Origin: an uncultured Alphaproteobacteria bacterium
GTDB lineage: Bacteria; Pseudomonadota; Alphaproteobacteria; Rhizobiales; Beijerinckiaceae
DNA: 64,000 nucleotides
Assembly: GCA_963804045.1 (NCBI GenBank)
Contig: CAWDOR010000029.1
Span: forward strand, 15,380-79,379
Direction of reading: 5' to 3'
This document shows positions 9,449 to 19,285 of this stretch, piece by piece. The position numbers and the translations under genes were made by a program. Numbering within the stretch: the stretch's first letter is position 1; each line of letters begins with the position of its first letter. Under the pieces are notes generated by a model, which did not search any database, was not told the origin of the DNA, and worked only from the letters and a program-made list of their open reading frames with translations.

Positions 9449-9470
9449 CGACAGGTTCGGAATTTACCTA
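9449..9470 (-). promoter_or_regulatory. Conserved 22-nt motif copy 4 (slightly degenerate)
   Basis: Minus strand reads TAGGTAAATTCCGAACCTGTCG (20/22 to consensus). It lies 186 nt upstream of the ATG at 9262, or 36 nt upstream of the alternative ATG at 9412. Confidence 0.55.
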
Positions 9471-9491
9471 TGCGCGCACCAAAATGGCCTT

Positions 9492-10940
9492 TTATCCGGC
9501 GACGAGTTTAGCTGGAACATTCGCCAGCGCCAAAGACGTCGCAAAGACCGGTCTGGCGCGCAGCGCCCGGCGGCACGAACGCAACGCGCGCAAAAAACTC
9601 AGCATCCAGTTGCACGCGTCATGCTGGCGAACACGTTTCATGAGCACGCGATGGCGTTCGATGCGTTCATCCTTTCGCATCTCGATCGCCCGGCGCATGG
9701 CATGCGCTACCTCGTCGGTGTCATAGGGGTTGACGATCAAGGCCTCCTGGAGATCGTCGGCGGCGCCTGCAAATCGTGACAGGATCAGGACGCCGGGATC
9801 CGTCTCGTCCTGCGCGGCGATATATTCTTTCGCCACGAGATTCATGCCGTCGCGCAATGGCGTGACAAGGCAGATCCGGCTGGCGCGGTAATGAACGGCG
9901 AGGGTTTCTCGCGCCACCGGACGATGAATGTAGCGCAGTGGCGTCCAGTCGAAGTCGCCGAACTTGCCATTGATCTTGCCCGACAGCGCTTCAAGCTCGT
10001 GGCGGATTTCGATATAGGCCTTAAGATCGTCACGGGTCGGGGACGCAACCTGAATCAAGGTCACAGGCTTGCTGTTGTCGGGATAGGAGTCGAGAAGCCG
10101 CCTGAAGGCGCGAAATTTTTCCGGTAAGCCCTTGCTGTAATCCAGGCGATCGACGCCGATCGCATAAATTCGCTGTTTGCCGTGGCGCTCCATTCGCTCA
10201 ATTCTTCTTCTGGCGACTGGATCCTGCGCCATGGCGACAAAGGACTCGACATCAATGCCGACCGGAAAGACGCCCGCTTTCAGATATTTTCCCTTGACGC
10301 GCAACGTGTCCGCGGAAATTATTTCTCCGCCGAGAATTTCATAGACGAAACGGCAGAAATTGGCATGATCGGCGGCGGTTTGGAAACCGACCAGATCGTA
10401 GTCGAGCAGAGAATTCACCAGCCACTCGTACTCCGGCACGGCAGTGAGAACTTCGGGTGGCGGGAAGGGAATATGTAGGAAAAATCCAACCTCGTTGCCA
10501 ACGCCGCGCTTGCGAAGTTCGGCGCCGAGCGGAATCAGATGGTAGTCGTGCACCCAGATGAGGTCGGAGCGGCGTAGATGAGGCGCTAAAACGTCGGCGA
10601 AGCGGCCGTTGACTCGTCTGTATCCCTCTGCGGCCTCAAGCGTGAAATGGGCGAGATCGAGGCGATAATGATGGATCGGCCACAAGACCTCATTCGAAAA
10701 GCCCAGGTAGTACTCGCGATGGTCGCGTTCGGTAAGCGGCATGGTCATCAGCGTGCAGCGACCATGCTTGACACAGGACGGAGCGATCTCGCCCTCGTCA
10801 GCGACGAGCTGGCCATTCCAGCCGAACCACAGCCTACCGCGATTGCGCATTGCATCAAGGAGGCATACGGCCAGCCCGCCGGACGCTTGACCGGCGCCGG
10901 GATCGGCGACGCGATTGGAGACGATGACGAGCCGTGTCAT
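9492..10940 (-). CDS. otsA: Alpha,alpha-trehalose-phosphate synthase
   Basis: GT20 family sequence: [15 protein letters not shown]..., [30 protein letters not shown] overlap with the GH15 stop at 10937. The track N-terminal extension overlaps the upstream gene. Confidence 0.9.
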   Translation of the reverse strand: MTRLVIVSNRVADPGAGQASGGLAVCLLDAMRNRGRLWFGWNGQLVADEGEIAPSCVKHGRCTLMTMPLTERDHREYYLGFSNEVLWPIHHYRLDLAHFTLEAAEGYRRVNGRFADVLAPHLRRSDLIWVHDYHLIPLGAELRKRGVGNEVGFFLHIPFPPPEVLTAVPEYEWLVNSLLDYDLVGFQTAADHANFCRFVYEILGGEIISADTLRVKGKYLKAGVFPVGIDVESFVAMAQDPVARRRIERMERHGKQRIYAIGVDRLDYSKGLPEKFRAFRRLLDSYPDNSKPVTLIQVASPTRDDLKAYIEIRHELEALSGKINGKFGDFDWTPLRYIHRPVARETLAVHYRASRICLVTPLRDGMNLVAKEYIAAQDETDPGVLILSRFAGAADDLQEALIVNPYDTDEVAHAMRRAIEMRKDERIERHRVLMKRVRQHDACNWMLSFLRALRSCRRALRARPVFATSLALANVPAKLVAG

Positions 10941-12721
10941 GTGACTGACTCCCAGGAGCGCGTAAGGCGCATGGCGCAATTGACGATGCCGACCATTGAA
11001 TAGGTTTGCGGATAATTGCCCCACATTTCGCCGGTTCCTGGATCGACGTCCTCGGACATGAGGCCAAGCCGGTTGCGATGCTTGAGCAGCTCTTCAAAAT
11101 ATTCGCGGGCCTCCTCGACGCGGCCCATGCGCGCTAACGCGTCGATGCGCCAGAAAGAGCACGTATTGAACGCGGTTCCGGGCATGCCGAAATCGTCGGC
11201 CGCCTCATAGCGCATCATATGCGGACCACGCCCGAGGACCCGCTCCAATTGTTTTATGGTCGACGCCATGCGTGGGTCACTCGCGTCAATGAAGCCGACC
11301 TCGGTCATCAGCAACACGCCGGCGTCGAGATATTCCCCGTCGAAGGAGTCAACGAAAGCCTGTCGCTTGTTCGACCAGGCGCATTCGAGGATGACCTCCT
11401 TGATGTGGTCGGCGTCGGCGCGCCAATCCTGCGCGCGCTGCGCCTCGCCGATATGTCCGGCGATCCGCGCCAAACGATCGGCCGCCGCCCAGCACATCAG
11501 GCTCGATGTGGTGTGGACGCTGGCGCGCGTGCGATATTCCCACATGCCCGCGTCAGGCTTGTCATAGAGTTGCATCGCCTTGCGGCCCAATTGTTCGAGG
11601 CGCAGGAATTCCGCTTGGCCCGGCGGCGATAGCAGGCGCCGGTCGAGAAACATCTGCGCGACGCCGAGGATTACGTTGCCGCAATTGTCGTGCTGCAAAT
11701 GCTCGTAGGCCTGGTTTCCGACTCGAACCGGTCCCATGCCGCGATAGCCGGGAAGGCCTGGAATGATCCGCTCCGAAAGGTCCCTTTCCAGGCCGATCCC
11801 ATAGACCGGCTGAATATCCGTCTCATTCAGCGAGGCGACGACGTTCATCAGCCAGCGAAAGTAATTCTCCATTTTTCGCACGGCGGCGAGGCGGTTCAGT
11901 GCACGGACGACAAAATAGGAGTCGCGCAGCCAGCAAAAACGATAATCCCAGTTGCGCTGGGTGCCAGGCCCCTCCGGGATGCTCGTGGTCAGCGCGGCGA
12001 CGATGGCGCCGGTCGGTTCATAAGTGCAAAGCTTGAGCGTCATCGCCGCTCGGATGACCGAATCCTGCCATTCAAAGGGTATCGCCAGCCGATGCGTCCA
12101 GTTCCGCCAGTAATCCCGCGTGCGCTCCTCCAATCTTGCCGCCGTTTCCGCGACGCCCTCTTGCAGCGTTTCGTCGGGACCAAGAATGAGGTCGACCTGG
12201 CCGCGCAGATTGAAAAAGGTTTCATCGCGAATGAAATCGATCGGCGCGTCGGTTGTCAGGCGCATTGTCGTGCTTGGGCCGATGTAGCGGATATGGTGTG
12301 AGCCGTAGGTGCGGACCGGAGCGGTGGCGCCATAGTCGAAACGCGGGCGCAGCCGAATTTTTATGCGGGGACTGCCTGATATTGGCGTGAGGCGACGCAC
12401 GATCATCTGCGGATAGAACAGGCGGTCGCGCCAAAACAGGCGCGGAGCGAAATCCGTAATCCGAAGGGATCCCTGCTTCCCGTGCAATTCCGTCTCAAGC
12501 ACCGCGGTATTCTCGACGTAACGTTGCTCGCTATGAATGCGATCTTCGAGGTCGATCGCGAAAAGGCCATCGTCCGGCGCTTCTGCAGGCGCTCCCAGCA
12601 AGGCATGGAAAACCGGGTCGCCATCAAAACGGGGCAGGCAATACCAGACGACCCGCGCGTCCTGGTCAATCAACGCCGCGACGGCGCAATTGCCAATGAT
12701 GCCGAGATCAAGGTTGTTCAT
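10937..12721 (-). CDS. Glycoside hydrolase family 15 (glucoamylase/trehalase-like)
   Basis: 594-aa ORF: MNNLDLGIIGNCAVAALID..., NWDYRFCWLRDS, WEYR. Translationally coupled on both sides (ATGA overlaps). Confidence 0.9.
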   Translation of the reverse strand: MNNLDLGIIGNCAVAALIDQDARVVWYCLPRFDGDPVFHALLGAPAEAPDDGLFAIDLEDRIHSEQRYVENTAVLETELHGKQGSLRITDFAPRLFWRDRLFYPQMIVRRLTPISGSPRIKIRLRPRFDYGATAPVRTYGSHHIRYIGPSTTMRLTTDAPIDFIRDETFFNLRGQVDLILGPDETLQEGVAETAARLEERTRDYWRNWTHRLAIPFEWQDSVIRAAMTLKLCTYEPTGAIVAALTTSIPEGPGTQRNWDYRFCWLRDSYFVVRALNRLAAVRKMENYFRWLMNVVASLNETDIQPVYGIGLERDLSERIIPGLPGYRGMGPVRVGNQAYEHLQHDNCGNVILGVAQMFLDRRLLSPPGQAEFLRLEQLGRKAMQLYDKPDAGMWEYRTRASVHTTSSLMCWAAADRLARIAGHIGEAQRAQDWRADADHIKEVILECAWSNKRQAFVDSFDGEYLDAGVLLMTEVGFIDASDPRMASTIKQLERVLGRGPHMMRYEAADDFGMPGTAFNTCSFWRIDALARMGRVEEAREYFEELLKHRNRLGLMSEDVDPGTGEMWGNYPQTYSMVGIVNCAMRLTRSWESVT

Positions 12722-13578
12722 TGCATTCCGGCCGTTTTTGGCGGCGCGGCGACTTCGTTCGGAGAAGCCATTCGCCCATCGAGCCAGTTGCGCAATTCCA
12801 GAATGTTTGCGGCCCGGTATTTTGCGGCGGTGACGCCTTCCCCGATCTTGATGGAAATGCCATCGCAGGCGTTTACTGTGACAAATCCCGGCTCATCGGT
12901 CACGTCGTCACCGGCGAAAATAGGCTTTCGGCCTTTGAACGGACGCTCTTCGAGGAAAGTAGCGATGACGGCCCCTTTGTCATTTCCATGCAGCCGTATT
13001 TCGCAAACCATCTTCCCCTTGATCATGTGCAAGTCCGGTCGGTCGCGAACGATTTTGCGGGCAAGGGCGTGGCATTTCTTCTCGAAATCGGGACGCAGCC
13101 GGAAGTGGATGGCCACCGCGCCGGCTTTCCGTTCAATGACGACGCCCGGCTCAGAAAGGAAGGCGGCTTCCGCGCGGCCCGCTATGGCCTCGACAACGCT
13201 CTGGTCGATGACCGGCGTATGCAGCCGTCCCGCCGCATCGCGGCGCTGCAGGCCATGGACGCCGGCAACCGGCAAAACCAGCGGATAGAGCAGGCGGTCA
13301 ATGACGTGGATGTCCCGGCCCGATACGAGCGCCAGCGCCCGCCCGACATTGTCGCGCAGCCTTTCAATGAAATTCAACGTCGCCGCGTCAATGCGCACGT
13401 CGTCGGGACGATCTTCGATCTCGACAAGCGTGCCGTCGAAGTCGAGGAAAACGCAATCGTGTTCGAGATCGTCGATTGACGGAAGCAGCTGCCGGGCTCC
13501 AATCGTCGCCAGAGTCTTGCCCCTCGCGGCGGTCGTTACCCTGCGGCTGCTTCTGGCGCCCTGCACGAACATGACCAT
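12718..13578 (-). CDS. otsB: Trehalose-phosphatase
   Basis: HAD motif FLDFDGTLV, GDDVTDE near the C-terminus. First gene of the otsB-GH15-otsA operon. Confidence 0.85.
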   Translation of the reverse strand: MVMFVQGARSSRRVTTAARGKTLATIGARQLLPSIDDLEHDCVFLDFDGTLVEIEDRPDDVRIDAATLNFIERLRDNVGRALALVSGRDIHVIDRLLYPLVLPVAGVHGLQRRDAAGRLHTPVIDQSVVEAIAGRAEAAFLSEPGVVIERKAGAVAIHFRLRPDFEKKCHALARKIVRDRPDLHMIKGKMVCEIRLHGNDKGAVIATFLEERPFKGRKPIFAGDDVTDEPGFVTVNACDGISIKIGEGVTAAKYRAANILELRNWLDGRMASPNEVAAPPKTAGMQ

Positions 13579-13744
13579 CCTCCAGAATGTGACCTTCCGG
13601 CGTCAAGCGATGCGCCGCGTTCAAAACGCACGGCGAATGGAAAAATGCGGATCTTTCAGTCGACATCGCTGTTGGCGTGAACCGATGTCGGATCTGCATG
13701 CGCGCTGCGCGAGGAAAACAACACTATCCATCTCCGATCCGGCC

Positions 13745-13766
13745 AAACAGGGTCGGAAACTACTCA
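13745..13766 (-). promoter_or_regulatory. Conserved 22-nt motif copy 5 (upstream of otsB operon)
   Basis: Minus strand reads TGAGTAGTTTCCGACCCTGTTT. It lies 166 nt upstream of the otsB ATG. Confidence 0.65.
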
Positions 13767-13803
13767 CGCCGTATTTCCCCCCGGGTTACCACGGGCAGAG
13801 GCG

Positions 13804-14199
13804 TCACTTCTGGGCGGTCATCCGGTCAGCGGCCTTGAAATAAGCGCGGGCGTGAGCGACCAGAACACCGTCGGCCGGATGATCGACGGTCTCGACCGCA
13901 GCAATACGCTCGAGCAATGCAGGATCGTGGCGGGCGATGTGCTTGACCAGAGCCGTCTTCGCGACGCCGGGGCCCGTGATCAAAATGGCCTTTGAGGCTC
14001 CAATCGCTTCGGCGACCGCCTGGAGAAAGGCCTTCTGTTCGGGCGCGTGGCCGTTCCCGACCGTATTCGCCTTGTGATGGATGTGAACATGCGGATCGTC
14101 AGGTCTCACGACAAGGCGATCCACTTCCTCCGCGCTGAAATGGAAGACGCGGGCCTCGCGATGATCGATCCAGATGACGCTATGGTTGTGTTCGGTCAT
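13804..14199 (-). CDS. Conserved hypothetical protein (resembles the family labelled translational machinery protein)
   Basis: 131-aa ORF with GGAGAAAG SD. The family assignment is from memory only. Confidence 0.55.
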   Translation of the reverse strand: MTEHNHSVIWIDHREARVFHFSAEEVDRLVVRPDDPHVHIHHKANTVGNGHAPEQKAFLQAVAEAIGASKAILITGPGVAKTALVKHIARHDPALLERIAAVETVDHPADGVLVAHARAYFKAADRMTAQK

Positions 14200-14273
14200 G
14201 GACTTTCTCCGGTCCTATTGCGATCGCCCGGGAACGGCGGGCAAAGGCCCGCCGTCTCCTGTTCAATGGCGGA

Positions 14274-14480
14274 TCAGTCGTGATTGCGATCACCATGATG
14301 ATGGTGATGGTGATGGTGATGGTGATGGTGGTCGCGATCGCCATCGCGATGATGGTGGTGATGCTCCATCGGCGCGGATTCCGTCGGCGCCGCAACCGGC
14401 GCGGGTTCAGCCCATACGGCCATCGGCGCCACGGCAAGCGCGGAGGTCAGGACGGTCGCGGCAAAGAATTTCTTCAACAT
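14274..14480 (-). CDS. Secreted histidine-rich peptide (putative periplasmic metal binder)
   Basis: 68 aa. Signal peptide MLKKFFAATVLTSALAVAPMAVWA, then HHHHHRDGDRDHHHHHHHHHHHHGDRNHD. AAGGA SD. The His tract is encoded by five perfect ATGGTG repeats (plus strand, 14301-14330). Confidence 0.7.
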   Translation of the reverse strand: MLKKFFAATVLTSALAVAPMAVWAEPAPVAAPTESAPMEHHHHHRDGDRDHHHHHHHHHHHHGDRNHD

Positions 14481-14603
14481 TTTGCATCCTTTTATAGAAC
14501 CGCCCCACCCGGCGCGGGAGAGGCGTTCAGGCGTTTCGCTCGAAATGCCATCGAGCGGTCATCGGTCGGAAAAAAGCCTCTTGGCTCCTGTCGTCCGAAA
14601 TTT

Positions 14604-15230
14604 TCATTCCGGCGCGGAAGCCGGCTTTTCCGTGATCGCGTCGAGCACGGATTGCGTGTCGAGGGCCCGGCCCATGGTTTCCGCCTCCGCATCGCGCCGG
14701 TCGTGAATATTGGGATTGTCACGACGTGATTCTTCCAGAAGCTGGATGACCTTTGCGATTTTTTGCTCGCTGAGAATGGCCAGCTCCAGAATGAGCATCT
14801 CCCGGTGATGCGCGAGTTGGTCCTCGCGTTCCTGCGAGACGAGGATCAAGACGACCATATATAGCGAGGTCAGCGAGACTGCCGACCCAAGCGATGGGAA
14901 TGGCGGCCGATCGATCATGTGATGGCCAAGCGCGGCCAGGACCAGATTGAGGCCAATCCAGCCGGTGATGAGGATGCTGATCGCGCCAATGAATTGCGGT
15001 CGCCCGAAAAGCTTCACCATGCGCGCCACGAGCCGCTGGGGCGGCGTCGCATTTTCAAAATGCTCGGCGCGCAGTTTCGCAATCGAGGAGATGGTCTCGT
15101 CGATGTGGACAGGAGAAGTCTGCACCGCGCTGGTCAAGTCAACCAAAGTGCTCCTCGCTGACCGAAGTCCGCGCCGAGCCAACGCTAGCCTGTCCGGGTC
15201 GTTGGAGGCGCCTGTTGTGCGATGATCCAT
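14604..15230 (-). CDS. DUF1003-like membrane protein
   Basis: C-terminal 208 aa of the 348-aa track ORF (from MDHRTTG). Two TM helices (FIGAISILITGWIGLNLVLAAL, SLTSLYMVVLILV) followed by a coiled tail. The start is uncertain and overlaps the upstream gene by 46 nt. Confidence 0.65.
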   Translation of the reverse strand: MDHRTTGASNDPDRLALARRGLRSARSTLVDLTSAVQTSPVHIDETISSIAKLRAEHFENATPPQRLVARMVKLFGRPQFIGAISILITGWIGLNLVLAALGHHMIDRPPFPSLGSAVSLTSLYMVVLILVSQEREDQLAHHREMLILELAILSEQKIAKVIQLLEESRRDNPNIHDRRDAEAETMGRALDTQSVLDAITEKPASAPE

Positions 15231-16351
15231 TTGGCGATCGCCGGCCAATGTTCCTTCAGCGTTCGGTGGCCCATGAATAATCCGATGTGGCCGCCGGGCA
15301 CAGTTTTCTCCACGATGCGATTTTTTGGCGTGCCGATATATTTCGTGGCGTCGAGCACCTGTTCCGGCGTCGTGATGTCGTCGTCGGCGCCGGCGAGCAG
15401 GTAGGTTGGACAGGTGATGTCGCGCAGGTTGAGCTTTCGGCCGAGGCAGATAAATTCGCCCTTGGCGAGGCGGTTTTCCTGAAATATGTCCTGAATCACC
15501 TGGAGATACCAGCGGCCTGGAAGGTCGATCGGGTTTTCGTACCAGCTCTCGAAGGTTTCCTCCATCGTGAGCCAGCCCGGGTCGTCGATGTGTTCGTAGA
15601 GATCGATTTGATCCTGCATGTAATGCTGTTCCGGGTGCATGTTTTTCCACCCCTGGAGCATGAACTTGCCCTTCATCACGCCGCCGCCTAGCGCGACAAG
15701 CTCCTGATAGAATGAAAGCGGAGTTTCATGAGCCATGCGCTTGATCACGCCATCGCCGGCGCTGGCGTCGATTGGCGCGCCGGCGAGCACGAGGGCGTTG
15801 ACCTTGTCAGGGAAGCGCGCCGCGATCATCGCCGCCATCCAGCCTCCCTGGCAAAGGCCGACGAGATTGACGCGACCGCCGAGATCGTCGATGGCGACGA
15901 CCATATCGGCGAGATAATTGTCGATTTCAAAATCCTTCATGTCTTCGGTGGCCGATTTCCAGTCGGTCAGGGCGACATGGCCAACGCCATTGTCCAGCAG
16001 GGTCTGCACCAGGCTCTGATCCTTGTGGTAGTCGGCGATCATCGCCGTATGTCCGGCGTGCGGCGCGTCGATCAAAGTCGGCAGGCCGCCGGGCTTGCCG
16101 TAATCGCGCAGCGCCATGGTGCGCAGATCAAGGCGGAGCAGGTTGGGCGTCGCCAGGGTTGGTCGCAGGTCGTCGTAAATCTTGACCTCTTCATCGACGA
16201 ATTCGAGATTCTTGGCATAAAGCTTGGCGCCATTCTTGAGCATCGAGGCCGCCATGGCCATGGGCCAGAACGCGGGCAGGCCCATCCAGGAGGGGGAGGC
16301 GGATTTCTTTGGCGCATGTTTGAGCATGACCGTTCCTTTTCTTGTCGACAA
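15185..16351 (-). CDS. PhaC class III / intracellular PhaZ-family alpha/beta hydrolase (PHA synthase or depolymerase-like)
   Basis: 388-aa ORF. Cys nucleophile box VNLVGLCQGGW, Asp in LLAGADDDIT, His in PGGHIGLF. FQENRLAKG segment as in PhaZa1-type enzymes. Confidence 0.8.
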   Translation of the reverse strand: MSTRKGTVMLKHAPKKSASPSWMGLPAFWPMAMAASMLKNGAKLYAKNLEFVDEEVKIYDDLRPTLATPNLLRLDLRTMALRDYGKPGGLPTLIDAPHAGHTAMIADYHKDQSLVQTLLDNGVGHVALTDWKSATEDMKDFEIDNYLADMVVAIDDLGGRVNLVGLCQGGWMAAMIAARFPDKVNALVLAGAPIDASAGDGVIKRMAHETPLSFYQELVALGGGVMKGKFMLQGWKNMHPEQHYMQDQIDLYEHIDDPGWLTMEETFESWYENPIDLPGRWYLQVIQDIFQENRLAKGEFICLGRKLNLRDITCPTYLLAGADDDITTPEQVLDATKYIGTPKNRIVEKTVPGGHIGLFMGHRTLKEHWPAIAKWIIAQQAPPTTRTG

Positions 16352-16371
16352 CCAAAGAGCCGAGCGTCAGC

Positions 16372-16815
16372 CTATTTCATCAACCAGCCCGGCAGCTTCA
16401 CCGTGCACACGCCGTCCACGACGACTTCACCTGTCTGCTTGGTCATGATCGTGGTGATCTTGGCGACGTGCTTGGGCAGAAGCGTCGAAATCGTGCAGAC
16501 CAGGGTGACGGTGTCGTTGATGAAAACCGGCGCGTGGAAATTGACCAACTGGCTGAGATAGACCGTGCCAAGTCCCGGCATCTGTCCGCCGAGCACCTTG
16601 GAGATCATGCCGAACATGATGCCGCCATGGGCGATGCGGCGGCCGAATTTGGTTTTCTTGGCGAAAACGTCATCGACATGAATCTTGTTGTGGTCTCCTG
16701 TCAGATCGGCATAGCCGCGCACCAGCGCGTCATCGACGAGCTGGTGGTAGGTGCAGGTCTGGCCGACGAAATAATCGGAGGCGGGAACGGGTCTGGGGGA
16801 CATGAACATTTGCAA
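16372..16815 (-). CDS. MaoC-like (R)-specific enoyl-CoA hydratase
   Basis: 147-aa hot-dog fold protein with YADLTGDHNKIHVD and RIAHG motifs. Confidence 0.85.
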   Translation of the reverse strand: MQMFMSPRPVPASDYFVGQTCTYHQLVDDALVRGYADLTGDHNKIHVDDVFAKKTKFGRRIAHGGIMFGMISKVLGGQMPGLGTVYLSQLVNFHAPVFINDTVTLVCTISTLLPKHVAKITTIMTKQTGEVVVDGVCTVKLPGWLMK

Positions 16816-16832
16816 TGATCCTTTGCTGGGAG

Positions 16833-17993
16833 TCAGGCGACGTTGACGGCAATGAGCTCGTCGGGGAAATCGGAGGGCGCGTCGAGCAAGGTCGTTCCGG
16901 CGATATCGCGGAACATCCGCGCCAGTGGATAGGACCCGCTGATATGTTTGGGCACGACTTCGCTGATGCCCATGCCGCCCTCGATCTGGATGGCGTCGAC
17001 CAGCATCTTCGAGCCGAGCCGGCCGACGAAGGCTTTGACCATCGCCGCTTCCGGTTCGAACGGGGCTTCTTCCTCGATCAACCGCGCCGCGTGCTGCACG
17101 CCAAGCCAGGCCATGTGAGAGTCCGTGGCGATGTCCGCCAGCAATGTCTGGATGGCCTGCAACCGAGCGATCGGATGACGGAATTGCACGCGATGCTTGG
17201 CATATTCGGCCGCATGCTTGACCGCGGCGCGCGCGATGCCGACGGTCTGCGCGGCCTCGGCCACGGAGCCGACCGACAAAAGCTGCGTGGCGATCACCGA
17301 GCCGCAGTTTTCAGTCCCCATGACATCGACTTCGGCGACGAAAACATTGTTGAATTCGAGATGGGCGATTGGGCAAGCCCTGAGGCCCATGGACTGCAGG
17401 CGAGGACCGGTGGTCAGGCCATTGGAGCCGGCCTCGACGATAAAGCCTGTCAGCCCGTTGCCATCATCAGCCAGTCGAATCGTCGCCAACACCAGATAGA
17501 CATCGGCGGCGCCGGCGTTGCGCACAAACGTCTTGACGCCGCTGAGCTGGTACCCTCCCGCTACGCGCGTGGCGAACAGGGCGTCGGGACCAAGGCCTGG
17601 ACCGGGACCGTTTTCCATGATGGCGACGGCGCCGAGCTTTTCCCCCTTGGCCAGCGCGGAGAGGTATTTCGTCTTCTGCGTCTTGCTGCCCCAATGGGCG
17701 AGGGCATAGGCGAACAAGGCGTGGCTGTTGACGATGGACGCCACGCCCGCGCACGATTGCGACAGCGCCTGAACCAATTCGATATGGCTGATGAACCCGG
17801 CGCCGGCCTCGGGCGATTGTTCCGGCAGCACGAGGCCCAGCAAATTATCGGCCGCCAATTGGCCGATCAGCGCCTTGGGAAACATCATGCCGCGGTCGAG
17901 GGAAATGACGATAGGCTCAAGATAGCCGTCGGCGAATTCATGGGCGCGTTGCGCGATGGCGCTTTGGGCTTCGGTCAAGGGATAGGTCATTTT
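16833..17993 (-). CDS. Acyl-CoA dehydrogenase family protein lacking the usual catalytic Glu
   Basis: Starts at internal MTYPLTEAQ (17993). ACAD fold throughout. The C-terminal region reads FRDIAGTTLLDAP where YEGT is expected. 7-nt overlap with the upstream ACAD gene. Confidence 0.85.
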   Translation of the reverse strand, partial: KMTYPLTEAQSAIAQRAHEFADGYLEPIVISLDRGMMFPKALIGQLAADNLLGLVLPEQSPEAGAGFISHIELVQALSQSCAGVASIVNSHALFAYALAHWGSKTQKTKYLSALAKGEKLGAVAIMENGPGPGLGPDALFATRVAGGYQLSGVKTFVRNAGAADVYLVLATIRLADDGNGLTGFIVEAGSNGLTTGPRLQSMGLRACPIAHLEFNNVFVAEVDVMGTENCGSVIATQLLSVGSVAEAAQTVGIARAAVKHAAEYAKHRVQFRHPIARLQAIQTLLADIATDSHMAWLGVQHAARLIEEEAPFEPEAAMVKAFVGRLGSKMLVDAIQIEGGMGISEVVPKHISGSYPLARMFRDIAGTTLLDAPSDFPDELIAVNVA

Positions 17994-19150
17994 GCGCCTG
18001 CTTTCATCGTGGCGGGAATGGCCGCCTTGGGCCGGGCGAGCACGGAACGCGCGATCACCAGACGCTGGATTTGATTGGTTCCCTCGTAGATCTGCATGAC
18101 CTTCGCGTCGCGCATGAACTTGCCGAACTCGGAGGTGAAGGCGTGCGATCCCATCAGGCGCATTGCCTGGGATGCGACGCCCATCGCCACATCGGTGCAA
18201 AGCGTCTTGGCGATGGCCGACTCCTTGGAGAATGGCAGGCCCGCCTCGCGCAAAGCCATGGTGTGATGCTGCGCCTCGCGCGCGCTTTCGATCTGGATCT
18301 GCATGTCGGCGAGCTTGAATTGCAGGGTCTGCCCGGGATAGGTCTTTTCCGGAAAGCGTTGGTTGAGATGCTTCACACATTCATCGAGGCAGCGCTGCGC
18401 CAGGCCAACGGCCAACGCGCCGATAGACGGGCGCGCCAGGTCCAGGGTCATCATCGCGATCTTCATGCCGTCGCCCTCCTTGCCCAGGAGGTTCGCCGCG
18501 GGGACGCGGGCGTCCTTAAGAAGGAAAAACACCGTGTTCGAGCTGCGCAGACCGAGCTTCTCTTCGCGGTCGCCCATGATGAGGCCCTGCTGGCCGCGCT
18601 CGACAATGAAGGCGCTGATGCCCTTGACGCCCTTGGTCGGATCGGTCGCCGCGAAAATCACGAAGACCGAGGCTTGGCCGCCATTGGTGATCCAGCATTT
18701 AGGACCATTCAGAATGTAGTCGCCGCCGTTCTTGACGGCGGAGGCCTCTCCTGCGCCGGCGTCCGAGCCGGCCGCCGGTTCGGTCAGCGCGAAACAGCCA
18801 ATGCCCGCTGTCAGCATCGGCTTGAAAAAGCGCCGCTTCTGCTCGTCGTTGCCGGCGATCAGCACGGATTCCATGCTCAGGATGCTGGCCGACAGGGTGG
18901 TGCCCATCGCCGCGCAGCCGTAGCCCCATTCCTCCAGGACAAGCGCTTGAGTCAAAGGACTGTAGCCCAGTCCGCCATATTCTTTCGGAACGGCCATGGC
19001 GAAAATATTGCTCGGCTTGGCGGCGTCGAGCAGATAGCTGTGAAACTCGCCGGACTTGTCGAATTCGGCGGCGCGCGGAATGATGTTTTTGGCGACGAAA
19101 TCTTTTGCCGCCTTTTGGATGTCACGTTGTTCTGGACTGATGGCGTTCAT
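17987..19150 (-). CDS. Acyl-CoA dehydrogenase
   Basis: 387-aa ORF with TEPAAGSDAG and RDAKVMQIYEGTNQIQRLVIAR (catalytic Glu present). Confidence 0.9.
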   Translation of the reverse strand: MNAISPEQRDIQKAAKDFVAKNIIPRAAEFDKSGEFHSYLLDAAKPSNIFAMAVPKEYGGLGYSPLTQALVLEEWGYGCAAMGTTLSASILSMESVLIAGNDEQKRRFFKPMLTAGIGCFALTEPAAGSDAGAGEASAVKNGGDYILNGPKCWITNGGQASVFVIFAATDPTKGVKGISAFIVERGQQGLIMGDREEKLGLRSSNTVFFLLKDARVPAANLLGKEGDGMKIAMMTLDLARPSIGALAVGLAQRCLDECVKHLNQRFPEKTYPGQTLQFKLADMQIQIESAREAQHHTMALREAGLPFSKESAIAKTLCTDVAMGVASQAMRLMGSHAFTSEFGKFMRDAKVMQIYEGTNQIQRLVIARSVLARPKAAIPATMKAGAK

Positions 19151-19285
19151 CGTTTCTGCCTTCTATGATTCAAACTTTGCGGACTGAAGCGTTTTCAAAC
19201 GAATTGGATGCCTGATCGCGTGAAGAAAGCGCGTGGAGGCAAAAACTGGCGCCCTTTCGGCGAACCGTTGATCGCCGAACGGGCG

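Noticed and set aside
14290-14335. Tandem hexanucleotide repeats that might suggest a CRISPR or VNTR locus.
   Set aside because: The repeat is coding (a His tract of the secreted peptide), with 6-nt units and no spacers. It is not a CRISPR array.
14604-15650. The full 348-aa ORF overlapping the PhaC/PhaZ-like gene.
   Set aside because: The first 140 aa are Arg/His/Pro-rich and lie inside the well-supported hydrolase gene in another frame. Only the C-terminal DUF1003-like part is credible.
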